Source: Candidatus Versatilivorator sp.
GTDB taxonomy: Bacteria > Acidobacteriota > Terriglobia > Versatilivoradales > Versatilivoraceae
Direction: 5' to 3'
Assembly: GCA_965207735.1 (NCBI GenBank)
Contig: OZ242296.1
Span: 2,208,001-2,272,000, forward strand
Length of the DNA: 64,000 bases
How positions within the stretch are numbered: position 1 is the first letter of the stretch; every line of letters begins with the position of its first letter. A model generated the notes under the pieces. That model made no database searches, was not told the DNA's origin, and was given only the letters and a program-made list of their open reading frames with translations. The position numbers and the translations under genes were made by a program. Positions 38,385 through 47,508 of this stretch are shown piece by piece.

Positions 38385-38559
38385 TTCCGAATCCCCTTTT
38401 TAAGAATTATCCCCGATTCTACCCAACCAAGAACCGCCCTGCGAACCCTGCCCGGATGAGGCTTCGACAGAGTATGCCGCCGAACCGGCCCGACATTGTC
38501 AACCTCGGGCCGGCAGCTCTGCCCTGATCACCCGCCACAAGGGTTCCCGTCCGGCAGAG

Positions 38560-38594
38560 AAAAAAAAAGGGTAGCCACCGGAGTGGCTACCCTT
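38560..38594 (-). terminator. Strong Rho-independent terminator of S-layer-like paralog 2
   Basis: AAGGGTAGCCAC-tccg-GTGGCTACCCTT perfect stem followed by a T-tract on the minus strand. Confidence 0.9.
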
Positions 38595-38616
38595 GCAATC
38601 GGCATGGAGGCCTGGA

Positions 38617-40326
38617 CTACTGCCCCAGGCTTTCTCCATCGTTGGCTCCTCTTCCGGCGTTGTTGAATTCCGGATCGGGAATCACCAGGGCCAGGTAGCC
38701 ATGGGCCACGTCCTGGGAAGCTCCGTCGGCAAAGTTACCCAGGACGATAGCCATTCCGTGGGCATGACGGAAGCGCGCCTTGGCTATGGCATACCCTTCG
38801 AACCCGGGCATGATGGTGCTGCAGGTGGTCGAATAGGTATCGCCCGCGGCCAGGCTGTCGGTCAGCATCATGCTCATGGGTTTTGCCATGTGCTTCATGC
38901 TGTCCTCACCGTAGGTGCTCCGCGGGAAGGCGTGCAGAATGATGTCTCCGTTCTGGGCCGCCGCACCGTCACTGATTCCAAAGACTCCGTCATCCAGGGT
39001 GGTGTTGGAGATGGCGATGGCGGTGGTCCAGGCGGGGTCAGAGCCGCAGGTGAGGTAGGGGAAGAGCAGATAGGTGACGCACTCGGTGAAGTTGATGATG
39101 TCACCATCGTCGGATTCCGGATCGGTAACCGGGCTCATGTTGTAGGACAGTATCGTACCCCGGTCGTCGTCGTCACCGCTCTTGCCGGCCGGTGAAAGAA
39201 ACGCCCAGAGATCGGAGATGCCGCCGGCGCCCACGTCGGCCAGTGTGGCGATGTCGACATCGAACTCGATCTTGAAGGCTTCGGACTCGGTGGTCACGCT
39301 CTTGTCGTTGGCGCCGGTCCTGCCTGCCGCTTCATTCGAGTACACATAGGTGACCTCATCGCCGGCGGTGGCAGCGACAGTCGTGCCATCGACGTCTTCC
39401 TGACCCGCACCCGTAGTGCCGACAACCCTGCCGGCAGTCCGCCGGGAGGCGTCCGTCAGGGTGAGAGTGCTCCATACAGTGTCCACGTCTTCGGCGGGAT
39501 CCGCGAACGTGACCGTATGCGGCCAGCGCAAGTTCACTCCCTTAGGCAGATTGAGCATCTTGACGGTGATGTTGGTGGCGGAGATCCCGGATTGTTCCAC
39601 GCTTTCAAAGGCCGTGGCGAAACCCTCCGTCACCGTGATCGACGGGGTGCCGCCGATGGGAGTCGAAGTATCGTCTGCAGTGTCGTCCGTGCCTTGGTCA
39701 TCTACAAGGTCACCGATGTTGCACAGGAGCCGGCTGGCGCCCCCGAGCGTCACGGCCAAGCCGCCCTTGACGGTGGACACCACGCCACCCACGCTCTCGG
39801 TCCTGTCCTGGCCGATGGGAACGAAACCGCTCGGGGCCGAGGAGGAATTGACCGAGGCCACGATGGTGTCGCCGGCGGACAGGCCCGAAACGTCGGCCCT
39901 GACGTTTTTCAGAATGACGAAAGACCCGGCCGCCCGGCCCGCGGTCCCCATGCTGATGGTGACCGTTCCGACGCCGGTGTCGTCATCGTTGGCAACGGCA
40001 GCCGTGATAGCGGAGCAGGTGTCGGTTCCGAAACCGCCGCCGCACTGCAATGTAGCGGTGCCAGCGGTGGTGGAAGCGTTGTCGTTGGCAATGGCGGCGG
40101 AGGTGATCCTCAAACTACCGTAGGTCACCGTGATGGTCCTGCCGTCATCGATGTTGCCGCCGCTGGCAGCGTAGTCCAGCCGGATGGCGCCCATCGGCTG
40201 GTTTCTACCATGCATGACCACATCGGTCTCGCTCTTGGAGACGGTGAACCCTTGGGCATTCACCTGGGTCGCAGCCATCCCCAGCATGAGCAAAGCACAT
40301 ACTGCAATGGTAAATGTAACTCTCAT
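38617..40326 (-). CDS. Secreted acidic Ser/Thr/Gly/Ala-rich protein, S-layer-like, paralog 2
   Basis: GAGGAG RBS; MRVTFTIAVCALLMLGMAATQVNA signal peptide; own strong promoter and terminator. Confidence 0.75.
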   Translation of the reverse strand: MRVTFTIAVCALLMLGMAATQVNAQGFTVSKSETDVVMHGRNQPMGAIRLDYAASGGNIDDGRTITVTYGSLRITSAAIANDNASTTAGTATLQCGGGFGTDTCSAITAAVANDDDTGVGTVTISMGTAGRAAGSFVILKNVRADVSGLSAGDTIVASVNSSSAPSGFVPIGQDRTESVGGVVSTVKGGLAVTLGGASRLLCNIGDLVDDQGTDDTADDTSTPIGGTPSITVTEGFATAFESVEQSGISATNITVKMLNLPKGVNLRWPHTVTFADPAEDVDTVWSTLTLTDASRRTAGRVVGTTGAGQEDVDGTTVAATAGDEVTYVYSNEAAGRTGANDKSVTTESEAFKIEFDVDIATLADVGAGGISDLWAFLSPAGKSGDDDDRGTILSYNMSPVTDPESDDGDIINFTECVTYLLFPYLTCGSDPAWTTAIAISNTTLDDGVFGISDGAAAQNGDIILHAFPRSTYGEDSMKHMAKPMSMMLTDSLAAGDTYSTTCSTIMPGFEGYAIAKARFRHAHGMAIVLGNFADGASQDVAHGYLALVIPDPEFNNAGRGANDGESLGQ

Positions 40327-40557
40327 TTTCTCTCCTCTTTGTTTGGATCTAAAAACTAAAGACACTTCACATTTTTAACGAACAACGATGGAAACTCCAG
40401 TGGCAGCAGCTTGATATTTAGCGGGCGCTCACCTCCTCTTCCCTGGTGAGAATTTGCTGGAGGAAGCCCTCATGGCCCTCTCGAACAGCCTTCCCGTATC
40501 TATCAAACTGTGCATCACTGCGTACCGAAAAATGAATTTCGCTGCAAAACCAGCGGT

Positions 40558-40607
40558 AAGCTAACACCCTCAAAATGGCCTGTCAAGGATTTTTTTGGGG
40601 TTTTTTG
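40558..40607 (-). promoter_or_regulatory. Strong sigma70 promoter with A-tract UP-like element
   Basis: Minus strand A-tracts, TTGACA (40586-40581), 17 nt including extended TG, TAGCTT (40563-40558); implies a 5' UTR of about 225 nt. Confidence 0.7.
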
Positions 40608-40734
40608 AGCTAAGAACATCGTAAAACGGGAGTTAGTAGCCGAAGGGACAGTCGCCGGAGGGCCGTGCCGATCCCTCCTTTTCCCCTTCAATTAGAGTAT
40701 GCATCCGGAGGCGGGGGTTTTTGTCAGGGGTAAA

Positions 40735-41212
40735 AAGATTTCCACCAGGCGGATCCACGAAGGACGCGGAGGGATCGGAGGAGAATCGTGACGGGGGTTA
40801 AAGGATTTCCACGAAGGGGCACGAAGGCGTTGGGGGTGGATCGGGAGGGGGTTGCCAGGGTTCGGAAGGGGGAAAAGGGAAAAAGATTTCCACGAAGGGG
40901 GTCCGAGGGGAATTGTGACGGGGGTTAACAGATTTCCACGAAGGGGCACGAAGGCGTTGGGGGTGGATCGAAAGGGGGTTGCCAGGGTTCGGGAAGGGCA
41001 AAAAGGGGAAAAGATGTCCACGGAGGGTTCGGAGGTGAATCGTGACGGGGGTGAAGGGATTTCCACGAAGGGGGTTCGGAGAGGAATTGTGACGGGGGTT
41101 AACAGATTTCCACGAAGGGGCACGAAGGTCCACGAAGGGGCACTAAGGCGGCGGAGGTGGATCGAGAGGGGGTTGCCAGGGTTCGGGGAGGGGGAAAAGA
41201 TTTCCACGGAGG
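40735..41212 (+). repeat. Family D array
   Basis: TTTCCACGAAGGGGCACGAAGG and GTGACGGGGG units. Confidence 0.85.
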
Positions 41213-41214
41213 GT

Positions 41215-41880
41215 TGCCGATCGCCACTTACGGGACGCCGAGTTTGCCCCCCTCCGGCTCGACTGCGGGCTCCGCCCTCTCGCCGACTCCCCCTCAAGGG
41301 GGGAGTGATACTTGAGGCCTGCACAAGACCTCTTGCCCGATTCCTGGGCGGGGTGTAAACCATGTTCCCGGTCCAATGGGTAAACGCCGTTCCCGGTTAG
41401 TGCCGCGGGTATCACTCCCCCCTTGAGGGGGAGTCGCAGAAGTCGAGCCGAATGGCGAAGGCTGATGCGGTGGGGGGCGGACGCCGGCGCGGCTTTGGGG
41501 GCAACGCGTGCCGTTGAAGTAGGTCCGTCTCGCTTCGCGGCTCTGCGAGCACTGCCGGTCGCCGCTTACGGGACGCCGAGTCTGCCCCCCTCCGGCTCGA
41601 CTGCGGGCTCCGCCCTCTCGCCGACTCCCCCTCAAGGGGGGAGTGATACTCGAGGCTTGCATGGGGCGCCTTGCCTGATTCCTGGGCGGGGTGTAAACCA
41701 TGTTCCCGGTCCAATGGGTAAACGCCGTTCCCGGTTAGTGCCGCGGGTATCACTCCCCCCTTGAGGGGGAGTCGGAGAAGCCGAGCCGAATGGCGAAGGC
41801 TGATCCGGAGGGGGGCCAACGCGGCGTCCCGAGAGTGCTCCTCCCGCCGTCGATCCAGAGGGGGGCAGACGCCACCTACC
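41215..41880. repeat. Family B tandem array (about 338-bp period)
   Basis: Hairpins near 41286, 41411, 41624 and 41749. Confidence 0.88.
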
Positions 41881-41914
41881 GGGGATCACAACCCTTCCCG
41901 GTAATCAATTCCGC

Positions 41915-42139
41915 TTACCGAAGAATTTTGCAAATGGCTCTCTTCAGTGTCACGTCTTTGTACCGAACTGAGATCGGCGTTTGAGCAACAAAAGGGATCT
42001 TCCTGGCTCTCAACTCGATTTCCAGGGCTTCCTGGTAAATCGATTCCAGAAAGCCCGGGCCAAGCTCGCGATGCACCTCAATCGCAGCTCCCACAACGGC
42101 GTACACTTCGTCTTTCAATATCAAATCCGACACTGCCAA
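41915..42139 (-). pseudogene. Truncated GxxExxY protein (PD-(D/E)XK-like nuclease family)
   Basis: YAVVGAAIEVHRELGPGFLESIYQEALEIEL....IPF..Q..I.V.YK with the GxxExxY motif; only 74 aa, lacking the expected D...IVELK half. Confidence 0.85.
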
Positions 42140-42169
42140 CTCTCATGGCCCACCTGCCAAGGCTAGAAA

Positions 42170-42387
42170 CAGGCGCCAACCCCTCCCGGTTCTGCATAGA
42201 CTCCCTTCGTGGATATCTTTTTCCTTTTCCTTCGCGACCCCTGGCAACCCCCTCCCGATCCTCCTCCAACCCCTTAGTGCCCCTTCGTGGACCTTCGTGC
42301 CCCTTCGTGGAAAAGTCTTTTTACCCCGTCAGGTTCTGCACGGACCCGCTTCGTGGCACTTCGTGGCGCTTCGCGGCCCTTCGTGGA
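42170..42387 (-). repeat. Family D array between gspD and the GxxExxY gene
   Basis: On the minus strand the gspD stop TGA is followed directly by TCCACGAAGGGCCGCGAAGCGCCACGAAG. Confidence 0.85.
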
Positions 42388-44613
42388 TCAGTTCGCGTCC
42401 CGGCTCAGCTCCTTCTTGAGGCCCTTGAGGGTGGATTTCAGTTCCTCGGTGAGATCGGCGGCCTGTTCGATGTCCTCGATGACCTGGGGGGTGATGAGGG
42501 CGATGAGCTCGGTGCGGGTCTTCTTTCGGGAGGTGGTGCCGAACAGCAGACCCAAACCCGGGATCCGGCCCAGCAGGGGAACCCGGTTCCTGGAAACGCC
42601 GTTGCTCTCGGAAATGATGCCTCCGATGGCGATGGTCTGTCCGTTCTTGACGGTCACCTGGGTATCGACGGAACGGATGTTGATGCTGGGAGACTGGATG
42701 CCCGAGGTGGGCGGAGGCCCCGGGCTGCTCACTTCCTGCTGTACCTCCAGGGTGACCCAGCCCCCGGCGTTGATTCGGGGGGTGACGCTGAGAATGACGC
42801 CGGTGTTGCGGTTCTGGATGGTGTTGGAGAAGAGGCTGGTGCCGCCGGTCCCGCCCGGAATCACACCCTGGGAGGTCAGGATGGGTATCTGGGATCCCAC
42901 CTGGATGTTGGCGGCCACGTTGTCGGAGGCGATGACGGTGGGGGCCGAAAGCACCCGGGAGCGGTTGCGGGTCTCCTGGGCATTCAGAAAAGACACCAGT
43001 TCGCGGGTGTCGCCCATCAGGACCCTGGTGGCCAGGTTCAGGCCCGCCGACACGGCGCCGCCGGGCCCGAAGCTGGCGGTGGTGTTGGAGGGGCCTGCAA
43101 CCGCCCGGTTGCCGCGCTCCTGCAGAAAGGCCGAGATGCCCATGGAGAGCTCGTCGTCCAGCACCACCTCGTAGATCTTGACGTTGATCAGGACCTGGCG
43201 GGGCACCCGGTCCAGCTCCCGGATGGTTTCCTCGATGACCTCGAAGTCCTGGGGGCTGCACTGGACGATGACGGCGTTGTTCTGATCGTCGGCGACGATC
43301 TTGATCTCTCCCTGCACGATCTCTTCCGACCTTGCCAGCGGATCGGCGGCGCCCGCCGCGGTCCCGGCCTGAGCGCTTTCGGGGGGGAGAAGGATCTCCT
43401 CCTCCTCTCGCTTGCCGGCTCCATAGATTTTCAGCAGCAGCTCGGCAATGGCCACGGCGTCGCCGTTCTGGATCTTGACGAAGAAGTTGCGAACCTCGCG
43501 GTTGAGACCGGCCTGGTCCAGCCGGGCGACCCAGCGGTCGACTTCCTTGAAGGTGCCCGGACCGGGGCCGATGGCCAGCACCGAGTTCAATCGGGGAATG
43601 GGCACGAACCGGACGGGAGAATCTCCCGCCAGGGCGTAGCCGGCGAAGATGTCCTCCAGCTCCAGGGCCAGGTTGGTGGCCCGGCTGTTCCTGAGCTCAT
43701 AGAGGCGGACGCGCTTGCCGCCGAACACGTCCGAGTCGAAGATCCGGACCAGCTCCAGCAGCTTGGCGACGTTGGCGGGAGTGTCGGTAACGATCAGAAA
43801 GTTGGCTGCCCGGTGGTAGGTGATGTCGCCGCCGTCCGAGAGAAAGGGGTTGAGCAGCTCGGCCATCTCGGCGGCCGGCACGAAGTCCATGGGAACGATC
43901 TGAAGCACCCGGCTGCCCCCCGCGGGCGCGGCGGAGGCTTCCCGGCCCCGTCGAATGTCCAGCGGCAGTTGCCTGGCGTTGCGGCTGGGAATGATGCGGT
44001 AGAGGGGCCCGGTCCTGACGATGGCGGCGCCGTTGATCTGCAGGACGAGCTCCAGCAGCGGCATCAGGTCGCTACGCCTCATCTCGCCGTAGGTAAGGAT
44101 GTTGACCACTCCCTGTACCCCGGGGTCGACGATGTAGTTCAGCTTCAGCTCGTCGGCGATGTTGCGAACGAACTCGAGCAGTCCGCAATCCACGCAATTG
44201 AAGCGGAAGCGGGCGTTGGGCCCGGTGGGTCCCGAAGTCTGCAGGATCGGGCGGGCCTCCGGATCGGAAACCTCCTCCGGCCCGGGCGCGGCGGCCTCGC
44301 CGGAAGCCGGCGGCTCCGCCTCGGCCTCGGCCGGGGCGGGAGCAGCCTGCGGGGCCGCGGAGCCAGTGCCTGGCGCCGGGCGGCGGCCTCCCCCGAAAGG
44401 CGTGGGGATCGGCTCGGGCTGCGACTCGGGCTCCCCGGCCTCGGGCTCCGAGTCCTCCTCCGCCGGCGGCGAGGCCTGGGCGGAATTGTCGGCCTGGTCT
44501 TCTTCGGCCAGGGCCTGCAGGGGCAGGATTATCCCCAGACCGATCAGCAGCGCCAGGGCAAAGCCCCGGCCCATTGAAGACGATGCGATTCGAACCATGA
44601 TGCGACTCCTCAC
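42388..44613 (-). CDS. gspD: Type II secretion secretin
   Basis: N0 domain (FNCVDCGLLEFV...LNYIVDPGVQGVV), N-domain repeats, RQVLINVKIYEV, VPLLGRIPGLGLLFG, TELIALITPQVI; start uncertain. Confidence 0.93.
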   Translation of the reverse strand: MRSRIMVRIASSSMGRGFALALLIGLGIILPLQALAEEDQADNSAQASPPAEEDSEPEAGEPESQPEPIPTPFGGGRRPAPGTGSAAPQAAPAPAEAEAEPPASGEAAAPGPEEVSDPEARPILQTSGPTGPNARFRFNCVDCGLLEFVRNIADELKLNYIVDPGVQGVVNILTYGEMRRSDLMPLLELVLQINGAAIVRTGPLYRIIPSRNARQLPLDIRRGREASAAPAGGSRVLQIVPMDFVPAAEMAELLNPFLSDGGDITYHRAANFLIVTDTPANVAKLLELVRIFDSDVFGGKRVRLYELRNSRATNLALELEDIFAGYALAGDSPVRFVPIPRLNSVLAIGPGPGTFKEVDRWVARLDQAGLNREVRNFFVKIQNGDAVAIAELLLKIYGAGKREEEEILLPPESAQAGTAAGAADPLARSEEIVQGEIKIVADDQNNAVIVQCSPQDFEVIEETIRELDRVPRQVLINVKIYEVVLDDELSMGISAFLQERGNRAVAGPSNTTASFGPGGAVSAGLNLATRVLMGDTRELVSFLNAQETRNRSRVLSAPTVIASDNVAANIQVGSQIPILTSQGVIPGGTGGTSLFSNTIQNRNTGVILSVTPRINAGGWVTLEVQQEVSSPGPPPTSGIQSPSINIRSVDTQVTVKNGQTIAIGGIISESNGVSRNRVPLLGRIPGLGLLFGTTSRKKTRTELIALITPQVIEDIEQAADLTEELKSTLKGLKKELSRDAN

Positions 44614-44654
44614 GCGCTGCCCGCCCGGGTGTTCAAGAGACCCCGGGGGAGGGG

Positions 44655-45419
44655 CTATTTCGATTTGTCCTCGACCCAGGACCTGACGGGCCCGAAAGGG
44701 GTACTCTCCTCGACCAGACGCTTGCCGCCCACGACCGTTCCCACCGGCACCTCCCAGGTCTTGGGCAGCTGCTTCGCTTGCGATCTCGACCGGGTCTGCC
44801 GCCTTCTGGCGGCCGCTTCCCGCCTCTCCCTGGAACTGCTCCCGGAACCGACGCCGGTCGTTCGGGACCGTGTAGTCCGGGCGGGGCCGGCGGTGCGGGC
44901 GGCGCTGGGAGTGCGGGCCGTCCTCCTCGGTTTCCTGGATCGATCGTGCAGGCCGACCTTGACCTCCCTGTTGCCTGTCTTCATGACCACCCGATCGGCC
45001 TCGATGCGCACCAGGGTGTAGCCGTCCAGCTCTTCACCCACCTTGAGACGGCGATAGAGGCCGCCGGAGCTTCGGGAGCTCCCCGAAACCATGAGGGCAA
45101 CCTCTTCCCCCCCAATCCCCATGGTCCCCATCAGGACCGGCGCGGGCCGAAGCAGCACCTGCTGCTCTTCCACAGCCTCCTCGGGGAGATCGTTGTGGCG
45201 GTCGGAGTGGAAGAGGTGGTGGCCGGCAATGGCGCCGGCATCGGAGGCCGAGACCGGGGAGTCCGGCAGGCTGGAAGCGGCGGCTGCTTCGGGACCGGGT
45301 CCGGGGGAATCGAGGCGGCCCTCGCCCTCGGCCATGCCCCAGTTGTCGGCCAGCAGATAAACCCAGAGGGCGGCCAGCCCCAGCAGCAGCAGATTGACCT
45401 GAACCGTTCGTCTTTTCAC
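44655..45419 (-). CDS. Type II secretion GspC/GspN-like protein
   Basis: N-terminal TM, LF...R motif, LMGTMG...LKVGEELDGYTLVRIEADRVV HR-like domain; directly upstream of gspD. Confidence 0.65.
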   Translation of the reverse strand: MKRRTVQVNLLLLGLAALWVYLLADNWGMAEGEGRLDSPGPGPEAAAASSLPDSPVSASDAGAIAGHHLFHSDRHNDLPEEAVEEQQVLLRPAPVLMGTMGIGGEEVALMVSGSSRSSGGLYRRLKVGEELDGYTLVRIEADRVVMKTGNREVKVGLHDRSRKPRRTARTPSAARTAGPARTTRSRTTGVGSGSSSRERREAAARRRQTRSRSQAKQLPKTWEVPVGTVVGGKRLVEESTPFGPVRSWVEDKSK

Positions 45420-46042
45420 GATGCGCCTCCTTTGCGTCCGGAGGAGCCGGCCGCCGCCGGATCCTTGCCGGCCTGCGCCGGCTGGGCCCGCTTCAGGGCC
45501 GAGACCGCCAGCGTCACCCGGATGTCCTTGTTCTTGGGATCGTTAGGACGGACAGGGGAAATCCGGAGGTCCTCCACGAAGAGGATCTTGGGTCCCGTCC
45601 CCATGGCGTCCACGAAGTCCACCCATTGATGAATCCCCCCGCTCAGGCTGATGCGGGTCGAGACCTTGCTGTAGCGGGGACTGATCTCCTCCACCGGGAG
45701 CAGATCGCTGTTGCGGATGGTCAGCCCCTGGGCGGCGGCGATATCGCGGACCAGGCCCTGGATCTCGGCCCCGGCCAGGGCGTCGCCGGGGCTGTCGAGC
45801 AACCCTTGCTCCAACGCCTGGGTGCGGCGCCGGAGTCGGTCCAGCTCGGACCGGGTGCGGTCCTGCCCTTGCAGCATCCGCCGGTAGTTGCTCACCCGCC
45901 GGGCCTGGAACTCGGCATTGGCCCGGGTGTCGGCCAGCGAATCCCAGAAGGGCAGCAGCAGCAGGTCCACCAGCAAATAGAGGACCACCGCCAGGCCGCC
46001 CCAGACCAGCAGGGACTTCTCACGCCGGGAGAGACGGGTCAT
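45416..46042 (-). CDS. gspM: Type II secretion GspM-like protein
   Basis: LSRREK followed by TM and coiled coil; position after GspL. Confidence 0.75.
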   Translation of the reverse strand: MTRLSRREKSLLVWGGLAVVLYLLVDLLLLPFWDSLADTRANAEFQARRVSNYRRMLQGQDRTRSELDRLRRRTQALEQGLLDSPGDALAGAEIQGLVRDIAAAQGLTIRNSDLLPVEEISPRYSKVSTRISLSGGIHQWVDFVDAMGTGPKILFVEDLRISPVRPNDPKNKDIRVTLAVSALKRAQPAQAGKDPAAAGSSGRKGGAS

Positions 46043-47508
46043 GGCGTCACCTCCCCGGGGGAATCGGCCGCGCCGGAATCGGGGGCGGAAGGTTCAACCG
46101 ATCCGGCCGGCTCCTGCAGTCGGGCCTGGAGGTGGAAGGTCTCCCGTCCCTTGGAGTTGCGGCTGATGGAGGCAACCAGCTCCACCTGCCCGAAATGGCG
46201 CGAGTCTTCCAGGACCCTGGGCAGGGCCGCCGCCTGGCCGGCGGTTCCCTGGATGCGGAGCTGCCCTTCCTGCAGGTTCAACAGCGTCACCACCGCATCG
46301 GCAGGCAGGATGCGGGAGAGCTCGGCCAGGCCGGCCAGAAGGTGGGCGTTGCGGCTCCGGTGGGAATCCAGCAGGCCGGCCCGCTCCCGCCACAGGTCCC
46401 TCTCGGCCTCCAGCTTCCGGAAGGCGCTCACCGCCGGCTGCAGGCGCTCACGCTCCCGGCTCAGGCGCTCCGACCAGGCCCGCTGCTGCACGGGCCCCTG
46501 CAGCAGCAGCGCCAGCAGCAGCAGGGCGTTCAAGGCCGCCAGGGCGTAGGTGGGAACCCATTCCCAGCGCGACTTGTGGGGTCGCAGCTCGACAGGCAGC
46601 AGGTTGACCGCCAGGGACCCCTTGCGCTTGAAGCCGCAGAAGGCCGCCGCCAGGGCCGGCCAGTCGGCTGAAGAGGGACGAGCCGGGGCACGGGAGGGGC
46701 CGGAGGGCTCGGGCGGGTGCAGCGACCGAAGGGACAGCCGCACCCCGGATTCGGCCAGGGGTTCGCTATCGCCCGCCAGGAAGAGCTTGATTGGCGCTTC
46801 CTCGCCCAGCCCGGCCTCTCCCCGGAAGAGCTCGGTTTCGCTTTCCAGGACCTCCTCGAGGTTGGAGGAGTCATATCGGAATTCCTTGCAGAACCTCAGT
46901 TGGCCCTCGACCACCCCGGCCAGCTCCCCCCGGGTCGGGTCCAGCCGGACCGCCAGGACGGGAGCGGCCGCGGCTCCGGGCGCCCTGACCCGCAGGTAGT
47001 CGGCCAGGGCCACCGCCCCGGGCAGGATGCGGTCGGGGGAGAGGCCCAGCTCGCGGCAGGAGGCCAGGGTGCGCTCCAGGACGGACCGCAGCACCACGAA
47101 GAGGGTGACCCGCAGCCGGGGCGGGTCGGAGTGCTCCTGCACCGCCAGCGTGTCGGTAGCCACCGCCTGCTCCTCGGAGGGCAGCAGGTGGACCAATTGG
47201 TAGTCCACCACCTTGGCCAGGTTCTCGCGGGCCTCCAGGGGCAGCTCCAGTTGACGCAGCAACACCTCCCGGCGCGGCAGGGCCACCACCAGGTTGTAGT
47301 GGGCGGCCCGATTCTTCTCCAGGAAGGCCTGTACCCGGCGGCGGCGCTGGTCGGGCGGCATGGCCCGGAAGCCTTCGATGGTCTCGGCGTCCACCCGGCG
47401 CACCCGCTGCCAGTGGGAGGAGAGCAGGCTGAGGTGGAGGGCGTCGGGGCCGAAGGCCACTCCCAGGGAGAGCTGCTTGAGAAAGGCGGCGGAGCTCAGG
47501 AGGTCCAT
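46039..47508 (-). CDS. gspL: Type II secretion GspL / PilN-domain protein
   Basis: Actin-like N-terminal domain, VNLLP motif, TM and PilN-like periplasmic domain; AAAGGAGG RBS before MDLLSS. Confidence 0.78.
   Translation of the reverse strand: MDLLSSAAFLKQLSLGVAFGPDALHLSLLSSHWQRVRRVDAETIEGFRAMPPDQRRRRVQAFLEKNRAAHYNLVVALPRREVLLRQLELPLEARENLAKVVDYQLVHLLPSEEQAVATDTLAVQEHSDPPRLRVTLFVVLRSVLERTLASCRELGLSPDRILPGAVALADYLRVRAPGAAAAPVLAVRLDPTRGELAGVVEGQLRFCKEFRYDSSNLEEVLESETELFRGEAGLGEEAPIKLFLAGDSEPLAESGVRLSLRSLHPPEPSGPSRAPARPSSADWPALAAAFCGFKRKGSLAVNLLPVELRPHKSRWEWVPTYALAALNALLLLALLLQGPVQQRAWSERLSRERERLQPAVSAFRKLEAERDLWRERAGLLDSHRSRNAHLLAGLAELSRILPADAVVTLLNLQEGQLRIQGTAGQAAALPRVLEDSRHFGQVELVASISRNSKGRETFHLQARLQEPAGSVEPSAPDSGAADSPGEVTP

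Noticed and set aside
38471-38502. TTGACA...CATACT promoter for the DUF1573-like gene
   Set aside because: The spacer is 20 nt, too long for a canonical sigma70 promoter.
35642-40326. Diversity-generating retroelement template/variable repeat pair in the paralogs
   Set aside because: No reverse transcriptase in the window and the differences do not appear adenine-specific.
41895-41945. Possible IS end truncating the GxxExxY gene (AGAGCCATTTGCAAAAT on the minus strand)
   Set aside because: Resembles an IS terminus, but no partner end, TSD or transposase could be found.
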